The translations under genes and the position numbers were made by a program. A model generated the notes under the pieces. The model was not told where the DNA came from, searched no databases, and saw only the letters and a program-made list of their open reading frames with translations. Of a stretch of 64,000 nucleotides of DNA, positions 38,747-48,520 are shown in pieces. Position 1 is the stretch's first letter, and the number at the start of each line of letters is the position of its first letter. The stretch comes from a virus: IMG/VR virus record IMGVR_UViG_3300026488_000010, one strand, 5' to 3'.

Positions 38747-38784
38747 TTCTATCTTTAAAGATAGAAATTATTAACATAGAAATA
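38747..38784 (+). promoter_or_regulatory. Palindrome plus 15-mer module variant upstream of thyX
   Basis: TTCTATCTTTAAAGATAGAA followed by ATTAACATAGAAATA. Confidence 0.55.
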
Positions 38785-38816
38785 ATAACTATAAAAGAAT
38801 TCAAAAAAGGAATTAA

Positions 38817-39737
38817 ATGTATATTAAAAAATTAAAAGAAGAAACTAATATTTTCGGAGACGATATTGCATATGTGCAGCTTTGGGATTTTTCAAAAGCA
38901 AATACAAATGATGAATCAAGAATTGAAGCGATAACAACAGTTGCTAGTATCTGTTATGATAATCCAGGAGTTGTAGGCAAAGAAAGTTTATATAATAGAC
39001 TCGCAGCTGAAGCTAAAGGGCTTCCTAGTTCAAGTTTTGAATTTGTGCCAGTTTTGTTAGACAGAGATAGATTAGAAGATATTGAATTAGCTGCAATTCA
39101 ATATCATAGAGAAGATGCAGGTGATGATGATTTCATTTTAGATGTTGAGAAGTACGGAGAATTTATAACTGTATATGAAGGTAAAGAATCATATCAATAT
39201 CTACTTACAAACTATAGAGCATTGTATCATGATAATGAAAAATATGGTAATCCTAATGATAGTTTTTTAAATTTTTACAATATTAGTAAAATCGAACAAA
39301 AAATTATCTCTGATAATTGGGCAACATTTTTAATGAAGATGGATATGAATACATCAAAGCAACATAATCGTCACCGTATTGTTCTTCAAGAACTTTCACG
39401 CAGATATGTGTCTGGTAAGAAAAACGCTTTTGAATTTTATGTTTCTGAAAAGATGAGAAGTGTTATATCAGAACATTCTGATGATGAATCTAATATTTTT
39501 ACAGATACTGATGAATTAATTCAAATGATGGTTGATCATTACGATGCAGCAATCGCTAAAGGTATCAAACCACAAGAAGCAAGACGAATATTACCGCAGT
39601 CAATGTATACAACTATTTGGTCAGGGTTTTTACCTTTCCAATTAAAGAATTACTTTGCACTTCGTGATGATGATCATGCACAGCATGAAATCAAATGGAT
39701 TGCACAATCAATGAAGAGATTATTAAATGTTTCTTAA
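38817..39737 (+). CDS. thyX: FAD-dependent thymidylate synthase
   Basis: QHNRHR...QELSRRY, EARRILP, LRDDDHAQHEI. Confidence 0.88.
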   Translation: MYIKKLKEETNIFGDDIAYVQLWDFSKANTNDESRIEAITTVASICYDNPGVVGKESLYNRLAAEAKGLPSSSFEFVPVLLDRDRLEDIELAAIQYHREDAGDDDFILDVEKYGEFITVYEGKESYQYLLTNYRALYHDNEKYGNPNDSFLNFYNISKIEQKIISDNWATFLMKMDMNTSKQHNRHRIVLQELSRRYVSGKKNAFEFYVSEKMRSVISEHSDDESNIFTDTDELIQMMVDHYDAAIAKGIKPQEARRILPQSMYTTIWSGFLPFQLKNYFALRDDDHAQHEIKWIAQSMKRLLNVS

Positions 39738-39993
39738 CGGAATGTTTAATGCATCATTAAGTGATTCAAAAATTACAACAGAAGCTCGAAATGATAAAAT
39801 GATAGTTAATGCTTTATATAATCCCGAAATTATATCAGAAATGGCTTCTGATATATCAAAACAATTAAATGACTCAGAGAATCATTTAATATTAAAACAG
39901 TTAGATGATGATGCATTAGATATTTTAATTAATTTGTGTCAAAAAGAAAAAACAAATCGGGAATTAAATGATCCTGATAGAAATAGGTCTTAA
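39727..39993 (+). CDS. Hypothetical protein
   Basis: Overlapping ORF. Confidence 0.5.
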   Translation: MFLNGMFNASLSDSKITTEARNDKMIVNALYNPEIISEMASDISKQLNDSENHLILKQLDDDALDILINLCQKEKTNRELNDPDRNRS

Positions 39994-40309
39994 TATGGAT
40001 GCTAATAAAACAGAAATTGATATAAAAAATAATTCAGTAATTTTTGAGTTTAAACAAGATGATAAATTTGATGCTGATATTTTAATTAAGATGGAAAAGT
40101 CTTTTTTAGAATTAGATCCAACTAAAATATTAGAAGTTCAACTAAAAGGTCCAGCACCTATTGAAACAGTTGCATACTGCGCTGAAGTATCTTCACATTG
40201 TGATATGATTCTAACGGTGAGTTCAACAGAATCTTTTAAGTTCATCAAAGATTTACAACAAACAAACCCTACAACTATAAAATTAATTCAGGAGAATGAA
40301 AATGGCTAA
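39968..40309 (+). CDS. Hypothetical protein (start uncertain)
   Basis: Overlapping ORF. Confidence 0.5.
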   Translation: MILIEIGLNMDANKTEIDIKNNSVIFEFKQDDKFDADILIKMEKSFLELDPTKILEVQLKGPAPIETVAYCAEVSSHCDMILTVSSTESFKFIKDLQQTNPTTIKLIQENENG

Positions 40310-41096
40310 AAACGAAATTCAAGTATATGAAGGCGTAATGCTTTGGAATGATACAAATTTTTATGCTAATGGTAAAAAGAAAATGAGTACTGGGACCATT
40401 ACAATGTTTGACACAAATGGTAACCCGAATGAATATAGATATGTATCTTTCAGATCACAAGTATGTATTCAATCTGATGCTATGGGTAAAAATGGTATGA
40501 AAGGTATCAAATGTCAAGTTCATGGATATTTTGAAGAGAATACATACAAAGGTGAAACAACTATGCAAATTATGGTTGATAAACTATTCTTAGAAGGTTA
40601 TGAGCAGCTTGCAGCTGATGCAGAAGCAGCGGGAACACCTTTACCTCCAGTACCCTCTGGTACTCTTCCGAGTACTCCAATTCAACCAATTGTTTCAAAT
40701 GGTATGCCCGCTGCACCTGGAGTTGTTAATGCTCCTCAGCCGAATATTCCTACACCAACTGTTCCAACACACACCTTACCGGCAGCACCTGCAGCACAGT
40801 CTCAATCGGTTCCAGGAGTAGTTGCGGGTGGATACGTTATGCCTATGGGTGGTAATGTTACTGCTCAAGTATTGCAGCCAGTTGCTCAGGCTCAACTGGC
40901 AGTGGGTGTGCCTCAACCAGTGCCTACAGCTCCTGCCGCAGCTCCTGTAATTAATCAGGTGCCTGTGCCACAAGTACCAAAAACACCTAAACCTGCTGCA
41001 TCTTTGCAGCCCCCCGTAATACCAAATCTACAACAACCAATTGTTGTAGAACAGACAGGTCCTGCTTATATACCAGCAGGAGATTTACCAGAATAG
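40296..41096 (+). CDS. OB-fold/SSB-like N-terminus with a long Pro/Ala/Val/Gln-rich tail
   Basis: Beta-rich N-terminus with QVHGYFEENTYKG...IMVDKL; low-complexity C-terminal half. Confidence 0.5.
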   Translation: MKMAKNEIQVYEGVMLWNDTNFYANGKKKMSTGTITMFDTNGNPNEYRYVSFRSQVCIQSDAMGKNGMKGIKCQVHGYFEENTYKGETTMQIMVDKLFLEGYEQLAADAEAAGTPLPPVPSGTLPSTPIQPIVSNGMPAAPGVVNAPQPNIPTPTVPTHTLPAAPAAQSQSVPGVVAGGYVMPMGGNVTAQVLQPVAQAQLAVGVPQPVPTAPAAAPVINQVPVPQVPKTPKPAASLQPPVIPNLQQPIVVEQTGPAYIPAGDLPE

Positions 41097-41120
41097 GTAG
41101 CTTAGGCTACCTATTTTTTT
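41092..41120 (+). terminator. Intrinsic terminator
   Basis: AATAGGTAGC-TTAG-GCTACCTATT followed by a T-run. Confidence 0.85.
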
Positions 41121-41233
41121 ATTGCTTATATTTATGATTTTGCGTGTACTCGACGATTAGTATGTATAATACAATAACGCTTGTTATACGCGAAGTATAT
41201 GTGGTATAGAGGTATTAATTTTAAAGGAAAAGA

Positions 41234-41926
41234 ATGAAAAATAAAAAGATCATAATGATTAATGGTAAGAAACGAGCAGGTAAAGATTTCTTCGCAGACT
41301 CAATCATTAATAAAAACTTTACAAAAATTGCTGTCGCATTTAAATTAAAAGAAATCGCGTATGAAATAGCGGGAAAAGAATACGATGTAATGGAAGAATA
41401 TAAAAATAACAATGTTCCATTTGAGATTGATATTGAAGACTTTGATATCAAATTCAGAAAAGCTTTGATTAAACATTATAGATATGCAAAATATGATGAT
41501 AACAATATTATTGAATTTATTGAAAGCTTTAATGTTCGATCACTACCTATATTTGTAGATGGTTATGAAAAAGTTGATGCAAGATTGTTTTTACAACATA
41601 TGAATATATTTAAAAATATATTCTTCAATGATAATATTTGGATTGATTACACAGTTGATTTAATTAAATCAACTAAGGGAAATATTGTTATATCAGATTT
41701 TAGATTTCCATATGAATATGAAGCACTGTCTGATAATTTTACAAAGGTAATAACTGCTAAAGTTATTGGTAAAAATTACTATGATGTTGATGAATATGAT
41801 AATCATTCATCAGAAACTAGTTTAAATGATTTTGAATTTGATTATCATATAAACAATACAATATGGAATGAAGAACTATTGGAACTTCAAGCATCTTTAT
41901 TGATACAAGAATTAAAAGGTAAATAA
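41234..41926 (+). CDS. Deoxynucleoside monophosphate kinase (T4 gp1-like)
   Basis: GKKRAGKD, FKLKE, RLFLQ, ISDFRFPYE. Confidence 0.8.
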   Translation: MKNKKIIMINGKKRAGKDFFADSIINKNFTKIAVAFKLKEIAYEIAGKEYDVMEEYKNNNVPFEIDIEDFDIKFRKALIKHYRYAKYDDNNIIEFIESFNVRSLPIFVDGYEKVDARLFLQHMNIFKNIFFNDNIWIDYTVDLIKSTKGNIVISDFRFPYEYEALSDNFTKVITAKVIGKNYYDVDEYDNHSSETSLNDFEFDYHINNTIWNEELLELQASLLIQELKGK

Positions 41927-42807
41927 TGGATACAGCAGATACAGCAGATATAAAATTTAAGATGCCAACACAAAATGAGATGACGAACCAACAGTTTGAT
42001 GCAATAAAAAATAAGACTGGTTTTGATATTGAAGAATTCAATCGAATAGTTGCATATCAAAAAAGTTTAAATAACAAAATTAGCAACACATGGGAAGCCG
42101 AAGGGTTGGATTGGCAATTGGCAATCATTTTAGAATGTGCAGAGATGTTAGATAGCACTGATTGGAAGTGGTGGAAAAAAGGTAAAACGGATTGGGCAAA
42201 TTTAGAAATTGAAATGATTGATTTATTACATTTCATACTTGCAAAAGGTATTGAACTTAATCAGATCCCAATGATGAGCACTTTATTAATGTCTCATGAG
42301 ATTATGAGTATGCAAACAGATCAACCAAAAATAACGTTCGATGATGAACTTGCTAAAAAAATAAGAGTTGATACAATAAACAATTTCTTAAATATGGTAC
42401 TAATGAAAAATTATTTAGGAGCATTTACAGCATGGCTAAAAATATGGTATTCTTTAGGAAAATCAGCTAATGATATGTATAAATTATATCAAATCAAATA
42501 TTGTTTAAATATTTTTAGACAAGATCATGGATATAAAGAAGGAACATATTCGAAGATTTGGAATGGTGCGGAAGATAATGTCGCTGCTCAGCGAATTGGG
42601 TACGGATTAGAACTCGGTGATAAATTTCATGATACCCTTTATAAAGCATTAGAAGATGTTTATAATGAAATCGAAGTTAAAGATTTAACTGTTCAAGGTT
42701 TTATCAAATCAAATGAAAAGTGGAAAATGTTTATCGATCAGGTGCCCGAACAGAATAAAAAATTATTCATTGATTTTGCATCAGAGTATAAAGAGTACTT
42801 AAAATAG
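41926..42807 (+). CDS. dut: Dimeric all-alpha dUTPase (Campylobacter type)
   Basis: ECAEMLDS, WKWWK, EMIDLLHF, LNIFRQDHGYKEGTY.K.WNG.EDN. Confidence 0.9.
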   Translation: MDTADTADIKFKMPTQNEMTNQQFDAIKNKTGFDIEEFNRIVAYQKSLNNKISNTWEAEGLDWQLAIILECAEMLDSTDWKWWKKGKTDWANLEIEMIDLLHFILAKGIELNQIPMMSTLLMSHEIMSMQTDQPKITFDDELAKKIRVDTINNFLNMVLMKNYLGAFTAWLKIWYSLGKSANDMYKLYQIKYCLNIFRQDHGYKEGTYSKIWNGAEDNVAAQRIGYGLELGDKFHDTLYKALEDVYNEIEVKDLTVQGFIKSNEKWKMFIDQVPEQNKKLFIDFASEYKEYLK

Positions 42808-42820
42808 TTTGGGAAATATA

Positions 42821-42933
42821 ATAGTTAATATAGAAATATTAACTATTTTTCCCTACTTTTCTAGTTAACTTTTAATATTTTTTGATAATTATTGAAACTA
42901 TCTTTAAAGATAGAAAAAGTTAATATAGAAATA
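42821..42933 (+). promoter_or_regulatory. Two copies of the 15-mer (one within an 11-bp hairpin) and a CTATCTTTAAAGATAG palindrome upstream of the nrd cluster
   Basis: 15-mer at 42824-42838 and 42919-42933; palindrome at 42898-42913. Confidence 0.6.
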
Positions 42934-42966
42934 ATAAATTACATAATAAATATAAGGAATTAAAAA

Positions 42967-43380
42967 ATGGAAAAAGAAAGTTTACAAAATATGACAACAG
43001 AGACTCAAGTAGGAGCAGGTATGCGCGATGTTATTGGTTTAGATGTATTAAGATTAACTCGTAAAGTTGATACAGTTGAAGAAGCAAAAGCAGTTTTAGC
43101 TGAAATGGTTAGTGAGTCTTTTGATATTATTAACTCAGATAATAGCACATTCATATTAAGAACATCAGTTGCTGATCTAAATCATGTTAATGGTGTAGTA
43201 CCTGAAGACCTAGAAGCCGCAGAAGCAATTCCAATTCAAGTTAAAATTTCAGAAATGTTGAGTGCACAAGGATTAGATGTTGGTATCAATGAAGATGCAA
43301 AAGAAGAGATTTTAGCGGCTGCTGAGAAAGCAAAAGATGAAATTTCTGAAAAAGATGTTAACACAGAAACAGAAAAATAA
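42967..43380 (+). CDS. Acidic hypothetical protein
   Basis: AAGGA RBS. Confidence 0.6.
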   Translation: MEKESLQNMTTETQVGAGMRDVIGLDVLRLTRKVDTVEEAKAVLAEMVSESFDIINSDNSTFILRTSVADLNHVNGVVPEDLEAAEAIPIQVKISEMLSAQGLDVGINEDAKEEILAAAEKAKDEISEKDVNTETEK

Positions 43381-43389
43381 AGGCTTACG

Positions 43390-44685
43390 ATGATTGCAGG
43401 ATTTAACAATGAAATGGGTATCGACCCAGAACATGAAGATGATATTGTTGCTATAAAAGAAGACAATATTGCTGATATTTTAAGTGCAAATCGATTAGCC
43501 GAATTTTGTGATCATGATAATAATGCAGGTTCATTATATAATCCTAATCATATTGATTTTAAACATGAGCCAATGTTTTTAGGCTCAGGTAGAAATACTC
43601 AACGTTTTGATGATCCAAAATATAGTTTCTTTGATAAATCAAATGATACTCAACAAGGGTTCGATTGGAAACATGATGAAATACCATTAATAACTGATAA
43701 AAAAGATTTTAAAAGCATTTTAAAAAATGCTGAGAAATATATAGTTACTCGAAATCTGCAAAAGTTAATATTTTTAGATTCAATTCAAGGTCGTGGACCA
43801 TTAATGATATTTGGTCAAATTACAACTTTACCTGAATTAGAAAATGTTATTTTAACTTGGGAATATTTTGAAGGTGCTAAACATTCAAGAACTTATACTG
43901 AAATGCTTAGAGCATATTATGAAAAACCTGATGAAATATTTGATGAATCATTTACTTTACCAGCGCTTATGAAAATTGCTTCAAAAATTAGATCGGTTTA
44001 TGATAGAGCATATTTTAATGTTATTAGCTATATTTATAAAGAGCAGCGCGGATTAGAATATACACAAAAAGAACTTTATGATTTAAAAGCATCAATTGTT
44101 ATGTTATGGGTTGAGATCAATATCTTAGAAGGTATGAGATTTTATCCAGGTTTTGCTGCGATGTGGGGACTCAAAGAATCGCAAGATTTAATGTCGGGAT
44201 TATCTGAAAATTTACAATTTATTTGTAGAGATGAAAATGAACATTTAGCATTAACTCAATTTGTAATCAAGCTTTTAAAGAAAGATGAATCAGAAGGGTT
44301 CACTCAAGTATTTAAAGATTTAGAGTCTGATATTGAAGCAAGATTTTATGAAGCTTATTTTGAAGAAGTTGAATGGATTAATTACATGTTTAAAGAAGGT
44401 TCTTATATTGGTATGAATGCTGATATTTTAATTCAATATTTAAATTATGTTACAATTCGTCGCATGAAAGCTGTTGGATATAAGCCAACTAAAGAATTAC
44501 TTGGAAATTTATATATCACTAAGAATCCTATTCCTTGGGTCCAGAACTATATTAATATGGACAAGAATGAAAAACTTCCACAAGAAGAAAAAATTCTAAA
44601 TTATGTTACAGGTGCTGTTGATCAAAACATGGACGGGCTTACTAACTTAATGAAAAAATTATTAAAAAACACTTGTAAAGTATAA
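43390..44685 (+). CDS. nrdB: Ribonucleotide reductase class Ia beta subunit
   Basis: FLDSIQ, EGAKHSRTY, LEGMRFY.GF, RDENEH, E.EW, NPIPW. Confidence 0.93.
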   Translation: MIAGFNNEMGIDPEHEDDIVAIKEDNIADILSANRLAEFCDHDNNAGSLYNPNHIDFKHEPMFLGSGRNTQRFDDPKYSFFDKSNDTQQGFDWKHDEIPLITDKKDFKSILKNAEKYIVTRNLQKLIFLDSIQGRGPLMIFGQITTLPELENVILTWEYFEGAKHSRTYTEMLRAYYEKPDEIFDESFTLPALMKIASKIRSVYDRAYFNVISYIYKEQRGLEYTQKELYDLKASIVMLWVEINILEGMRFYPGFAAMWGLKESQDLMSGLSENLQFICRDENEHLALTQFVIKLLKKDESEGFTQVFKDLESDIEARFYEAYFEEVEWINYMFKEGSYIGMNADILIQYLNYVTIRRMKAVGYKPTKELLGNLYITKNPIPWVQNYINMDKNEKLPQEEKILNYVTGAVDQNMDGLTNLMKKLLKNTCKV

Positions 44686-44694
44686 GGGAATAAT

Positions 44695-47600
44695 ATGAAA
44701 GAAAAGAATATTAAGAAGCGTGACGGTCGAATTGAACCATATAAAGCTGAGAAGCATCAAAAGTATGTTAAATATTCAGTTGAAGGGTTGGTTGATGTCA
44801 GTGCTTCTGAAATTGAAATGGGGGCAGCAGCTTCTATTTTGGATGGTACGACTTCAAAAGAGATTCAAAAAGCATTAATTAAATCTAGTGCTGATAGAAT
44901 CTCTCCAGAGACACCTGATTATCAAATTGCTGCTGCTCGTCTTCTAAATCAAGATATTCGTTCAGAAGTATATGGTACTTATACACCTGAGCCATTTTTA
45001 GATAGAATTAAACTTGGTGTCAAGCAAAAATATTATGATGGTAAATATCTATTTGAGCATTATGATGAATGGGAGATTGAACATTTTGGTCAATCGATTA
45101 AATATGATCGTGACGATCTTTTTGTATATTCTGGACTTAAAAAGACAGCAGATTCATACCTAGTTAAACAATATGGTAAAATTAAAGAAACACCACAAGA
45201 AATGTTTATGCTTATAGTCATGTTTGCATTTGCAAAATACGAACCTAAGGCTAGAACAAAATGGGTTAAAGAAGGCTATAGAATTCTTTCAACATTTGAA
45301 GCATCTTTACCAACTCCTATTATGATTCAATTAAGAACATTATTTAAAAGATTCATTTCTTGTTTCAGAGGCGATACAAAAATTCGTATAAATGATCTAG
45401 ATTTTAAATTAATTAAAGAGATTGTAATAGGCGACAATGTTCAAACAATTCAAGGCAACTTGAAAAAAGTTGTAGCTATAAAAACTAAAATTCATACAGA
45501 TGAATTTGTAACAATTAATACGTCTTATGGATTAAATGATGAATTTACATCAACTGATAATCATCCAATTAAAAGTATTTTATGGGAAGATGTAAAATGT
45601 ATTAGAAATCAAACACCGTCTAATTCTAGACCTATTTGTATCACTAGTCAACACCATACTAAGCATTGTTTAAAATCAAAAAATCATTATAAAAAAGATT
45701 GTGAGTTATTGAGCAAAGATTGGTTAGATGTTTCTAAATTTGTAGACGCAAAAGACTTATCAGTTTATGACTACGTTGCAATTCCTTTTGATAAAAAAGT
45801 ATTAAATGATAACATATTTGATATGAATGATTTTATCAATGACGATAAATATAAATTAATCAATGGTTATATAACTAAAGACGATGTTCGTGTATTTGAT
45901 TTAAATCGATTCATTGAAGTTGATAATGATTTTATGTATATTCTTGGGTGGTTTGTTGCTGAGGGGTGTGTTGTAAATAATCATATTAATTTTTCTTTAA
46001 ATATTAACGAAATGGATTATTTATTAGATTTAAAATTAAGAATTAAAAATGTTTTTAATATTGAAGGCAAAATATATGATAATGGTGATAATTCAATATC
46101 TTTAAATGTGTCTCATAAGATATTAGCAAACTTTTTTAATAAAGTTGTTAATGATGCTAAAGAAAAAAGAAATAAATCAACAATTCATGAAAAAATATTA
46201 TATGCTGATTATGAATCACAAAAGTATTTTCTAAAAGGTATTTTCTTAGGAGATGGTTTCTTATCAAACAATTATTTAGGATTAGACATTGTAGATAAAA
46301 GATTTATAGATTTTACAAATCATTGTTTATTGAGAAATGGTTTTATTTCTCAAAATTCAAAATATATCAACTCGAATAATACACAATGTTATCGAGTAAA
46401 TGTAAGATTTGGGGGAAATGCTCAATTTATTAAATTTGTAGATAAACGAACTACAAATAAAGCAATTATAAAACAATTAAAAAATATAGATAATATTAGA
46501 TCTCCAAAAAATATTGGTTTTTTTCAAGATAATATTTTATATAGTAAAATATTAAGTGTTGTTAAATTTAAAGAAGATGTTGAAGTTTTTGATATTGAAG
46601 TTGAAGATGATCACACATTTATTGCAAATGATTATGGTGTACATAATTGTAACATTATTCATCCTGGTGATTCAAATGAATCGTTAGCTGCAGCATCTCA
46701 AATGATTATGAAATTAGTTGCTGCTGGTGCCGGTCTTGGAATAGGTAATACTGTTCGAGGAGAGGGTGCTGATATTGATAACGGTCGTATTGAACATACA
46801 GGTTGTTTACCAATATATAAAGGTTATGAAAAATTAACTAAAGCTTTTGTTCAACCATCAAGAGATGGTTCAAGTACAGTTTATCATCCTTTCTTTCATG
46901 TAGAGATTGAATCTATGATGGTTTGGGGAAATGCTAAAGGTACAGAAGAAACGCGTATTCGAGAAATGGATCATAATATTATGTTCAATTCTTTATTCTT
47001 TGAAAGATATACCAACGGTGAAGATATCACATTATTCTATATGAATGATGTTTTAGATATTACAAACTACATGGGTGATGATGAAGAATTTAAAAGACGC
47101 TACGAGTTAGCTGAACAAAAAATTCCTAAAAAACGTCAACGTAAAATATCTGCTCAAAAGATATTTGATACTTTTATTGATGAACGTTTTTTACAATCTA
47201 GAGAATATACAACATTTGTTGAAAATTTAAACTCTCATGGTTCATTTCTTATTCCATTAATTATTAGTAATCTTTGTACTGAAATAGCTGTACCAATTTT
47301 TCCATTAAATGGTCAAGCATCTATTAAAAGAAATATAATATTTAATTCTGATGAAGATAGAAGACTATTTTATTCATTAAGAACTCAAGCATATTTTCAT
47401 GGTGACAATACAAAAGAATTGTTAAAGTTACAAAAAGATATGTCAGAATTATACACATTCACAACAAAAGATTTAGTTGCTGATGTTGATGAATCAGAAG
47501 ATTTTGATTATTTCACATTATATGGTTTAGTCAATTTAGCTGAAGTTGGAGTTTGTATATTAGCTGGTATCAATATGGGTTATTGTACTGATGATAGATT

Positions 47601-48450
47601 ACCAATTGTATCTGAATTTTTAGTTCGATTCTTAGAAGAATTAATCAAGTATGGAGAATACTCAGCACCAGAGGTAGAGAAAGCCGCTATTATGAGAAGA
47701 ACTTTAGGTATTGGGTTTAGTGATATATTTCATTTAATGGCAATAAATAAAAAGTTTTATAATACTAGAGAAGGTCGACAATTTCTATCTAATAGAATAG
47801 AATTATGTTCATATCATATGATTAGAACATCAATTGATTTAGCTGAAGAGTTTGGACCTTGTCAACTTGTATCTGATACAAAGTATAGTAAAGGTATATT
47901 ACCTATAGATACATATGCTAAAACTGTTGATGAACTTGTTGGATCAAATGAAGAATTTGAACTTGATTGGGCTCTTCAAAGATCTAGAGCTAAGAATCAC
48001 GGTATTCGACATTCAACTCTAATGGCAAATGCTCCTTTCGGTAGTTCAGCAATGGTAAGTAATTCGACATCTGGTATTGAGCCTCCACGTGGTATAGCTA
48101 CTTCCAAAAAGGGTAACTTAAAATTAGTTCCAAATATTAAGAAGTACAGCAAATATTATACTACTGCATGGGGAGATGATTTTAATAATATTGATTATTT
48201 TAAATTTGTAGCAGTTGCTCAGAAATGGATGGATCAAACATTATCTGTTAATCAATACCATAACTTGTTAAAAAGTGGTGGAAAAAAGAAAAAGACTGAA
48301 TTAATCGAAGAAATTTTAACTCACCGATATTTCGGTGGAAAAACTTTATATTATTCAAATATTCGAAGCACTGATCAAGAAGATGGTGATGATGGAATAA
48401 TTGAAGAAGAGGAAGCAGATGGTTGTGCTGGGGGTGGTTGTATTGTATAA
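44695..48450 (+). CDS. nrdA: Ribonucleotide reductase class Ia alpha subunit containing an intein
   Basis: ATP cone KRDG, ETPQ, SNLCTEI, RRTLGIG, NAPFGSS, SGIEP, KTLYY; C-terminal GC.GGGC. Confidence 0.95.
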   Translation: MKEKNIKKRDGRIEPYKAEKHQKYVKYSVEGLVDVSASEIEMGAAASILDGTTSKEIQKALIKSSADRISPETPDYQIAAARLLNQDIRSEVYGTYTPEPFLDRIKLGVKQKYYDGKYLFEHYDEWEIEHFGQSIKYDRDDLFVYSGLKKTADSYLVKQYGKIKETPQEMFMLIVMFAFAKYEPKARTKWVKEGYRILSTFEASLPTPIMIQLRTLFKRFISCFRGDTKIRINDLDFKLIKEIVIGDNVQTIQGNLKKVVAIKTKIHTDEFVTINTSYGLNDEFTSTDNHPIKSILWEDVKCIRNQTPSNSRPICITSQHHTKHCLKSKNHYKKDCELLSKDWLDVSKFVDAKDLSVYDYVAIPFDKKVLNDNIFDMNDFINDDKYKLINGYITKDDVRVFDLNRFIEVDNDFMYILGWFVAEGCVVNNHINFSLNINEMDYLLDLKLRIKNVFNIEGKIYDNGDNSISLNVSHKILANFFNKVVNDAKEKRNKSTIHEKILYADYESQKYFLKGIFLGDGFLSNNYLGLDIVDKRFIDFTNHCLLRNGFISQNSKYINSNNTQCYRVNVRFGGNAQFIKFVDKRTTNKAIIKQLKNIDNIRSPKNIGFFQDNILYSKILSVVKFKEDVEVFDIEVEDDHTFIANDYGVHNCNIIHPGDSNESLAAASQMIMKLVAAGAGLGIGNTVRGEGADIDNGRIEHTGCLPIYKGYEKLTKAFVQPSRDGSSTVYHPFFHVEIESMMVWGNAKGTEETRIREMDHNIMFNSLFFERYTNGEDITLFYMNDVLDITNYMGDDEEFKRRYELAEQKIPKKRQRKISAQKIFDTFIDERFLQSREYTTFVENLNSHGSFLIPLIISNLCTEIAVPIFPLNGQASIKRNIIFNSDEDRRLFYSLRTQAYFHGDNTKELLKLQKDMSELYTFTTKDLVADVDESEDFDYFTLYGLVNLAEVGVCILAGINMGYCTDDRLPIVSEFLVRFLEELIKYGEYSAPEVEKAAIMRRTLGIGFSDIFHLMAINKKFYNTREGRQFLSNRIELCSYHMIRTSIDLAEEFGPCQLVSDTKYSKGILPIDTYAKTVDELVGSNEEFELDWALQRSRAKNHGIRHSTLMANAPFGSSAMVSNSTSGIEPPRGIATSKKGNLKLVPNIKKYSKYYTTAWGDDFNNIDYFKFVAVAQKWMDQTLSVNQYHNLLKSGGKKKKTELIEEILTHRYFGGKTLYYSNIRSTDQEDGDDGIIEEEEADGCAGGGCIV
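45361..46647 (+). mobile_element. 429-aa LAGLIDADG-containing intein in NrdA
   Basis: N-terminal CFRGDT; blocks LGWFVAEG and LKGIFLGDG; FDIEVEDDHTF; terminal HN followed by Cys. Confidence 0.93.
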
Positions 48451-48520
48451 TTATCGCGAACAATTTATAAAAAATATTAATAATATCTTCCGTGAAGAGC
48501 GGGAGAAAAAGGAAAAAGAA

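Noticed and set aside
48486-48506. Terminator after nrdA
   Set aside because: Short stem (TCTTCCG/CGGGAGA) followed by an A-run rather than a T-run on the + strand
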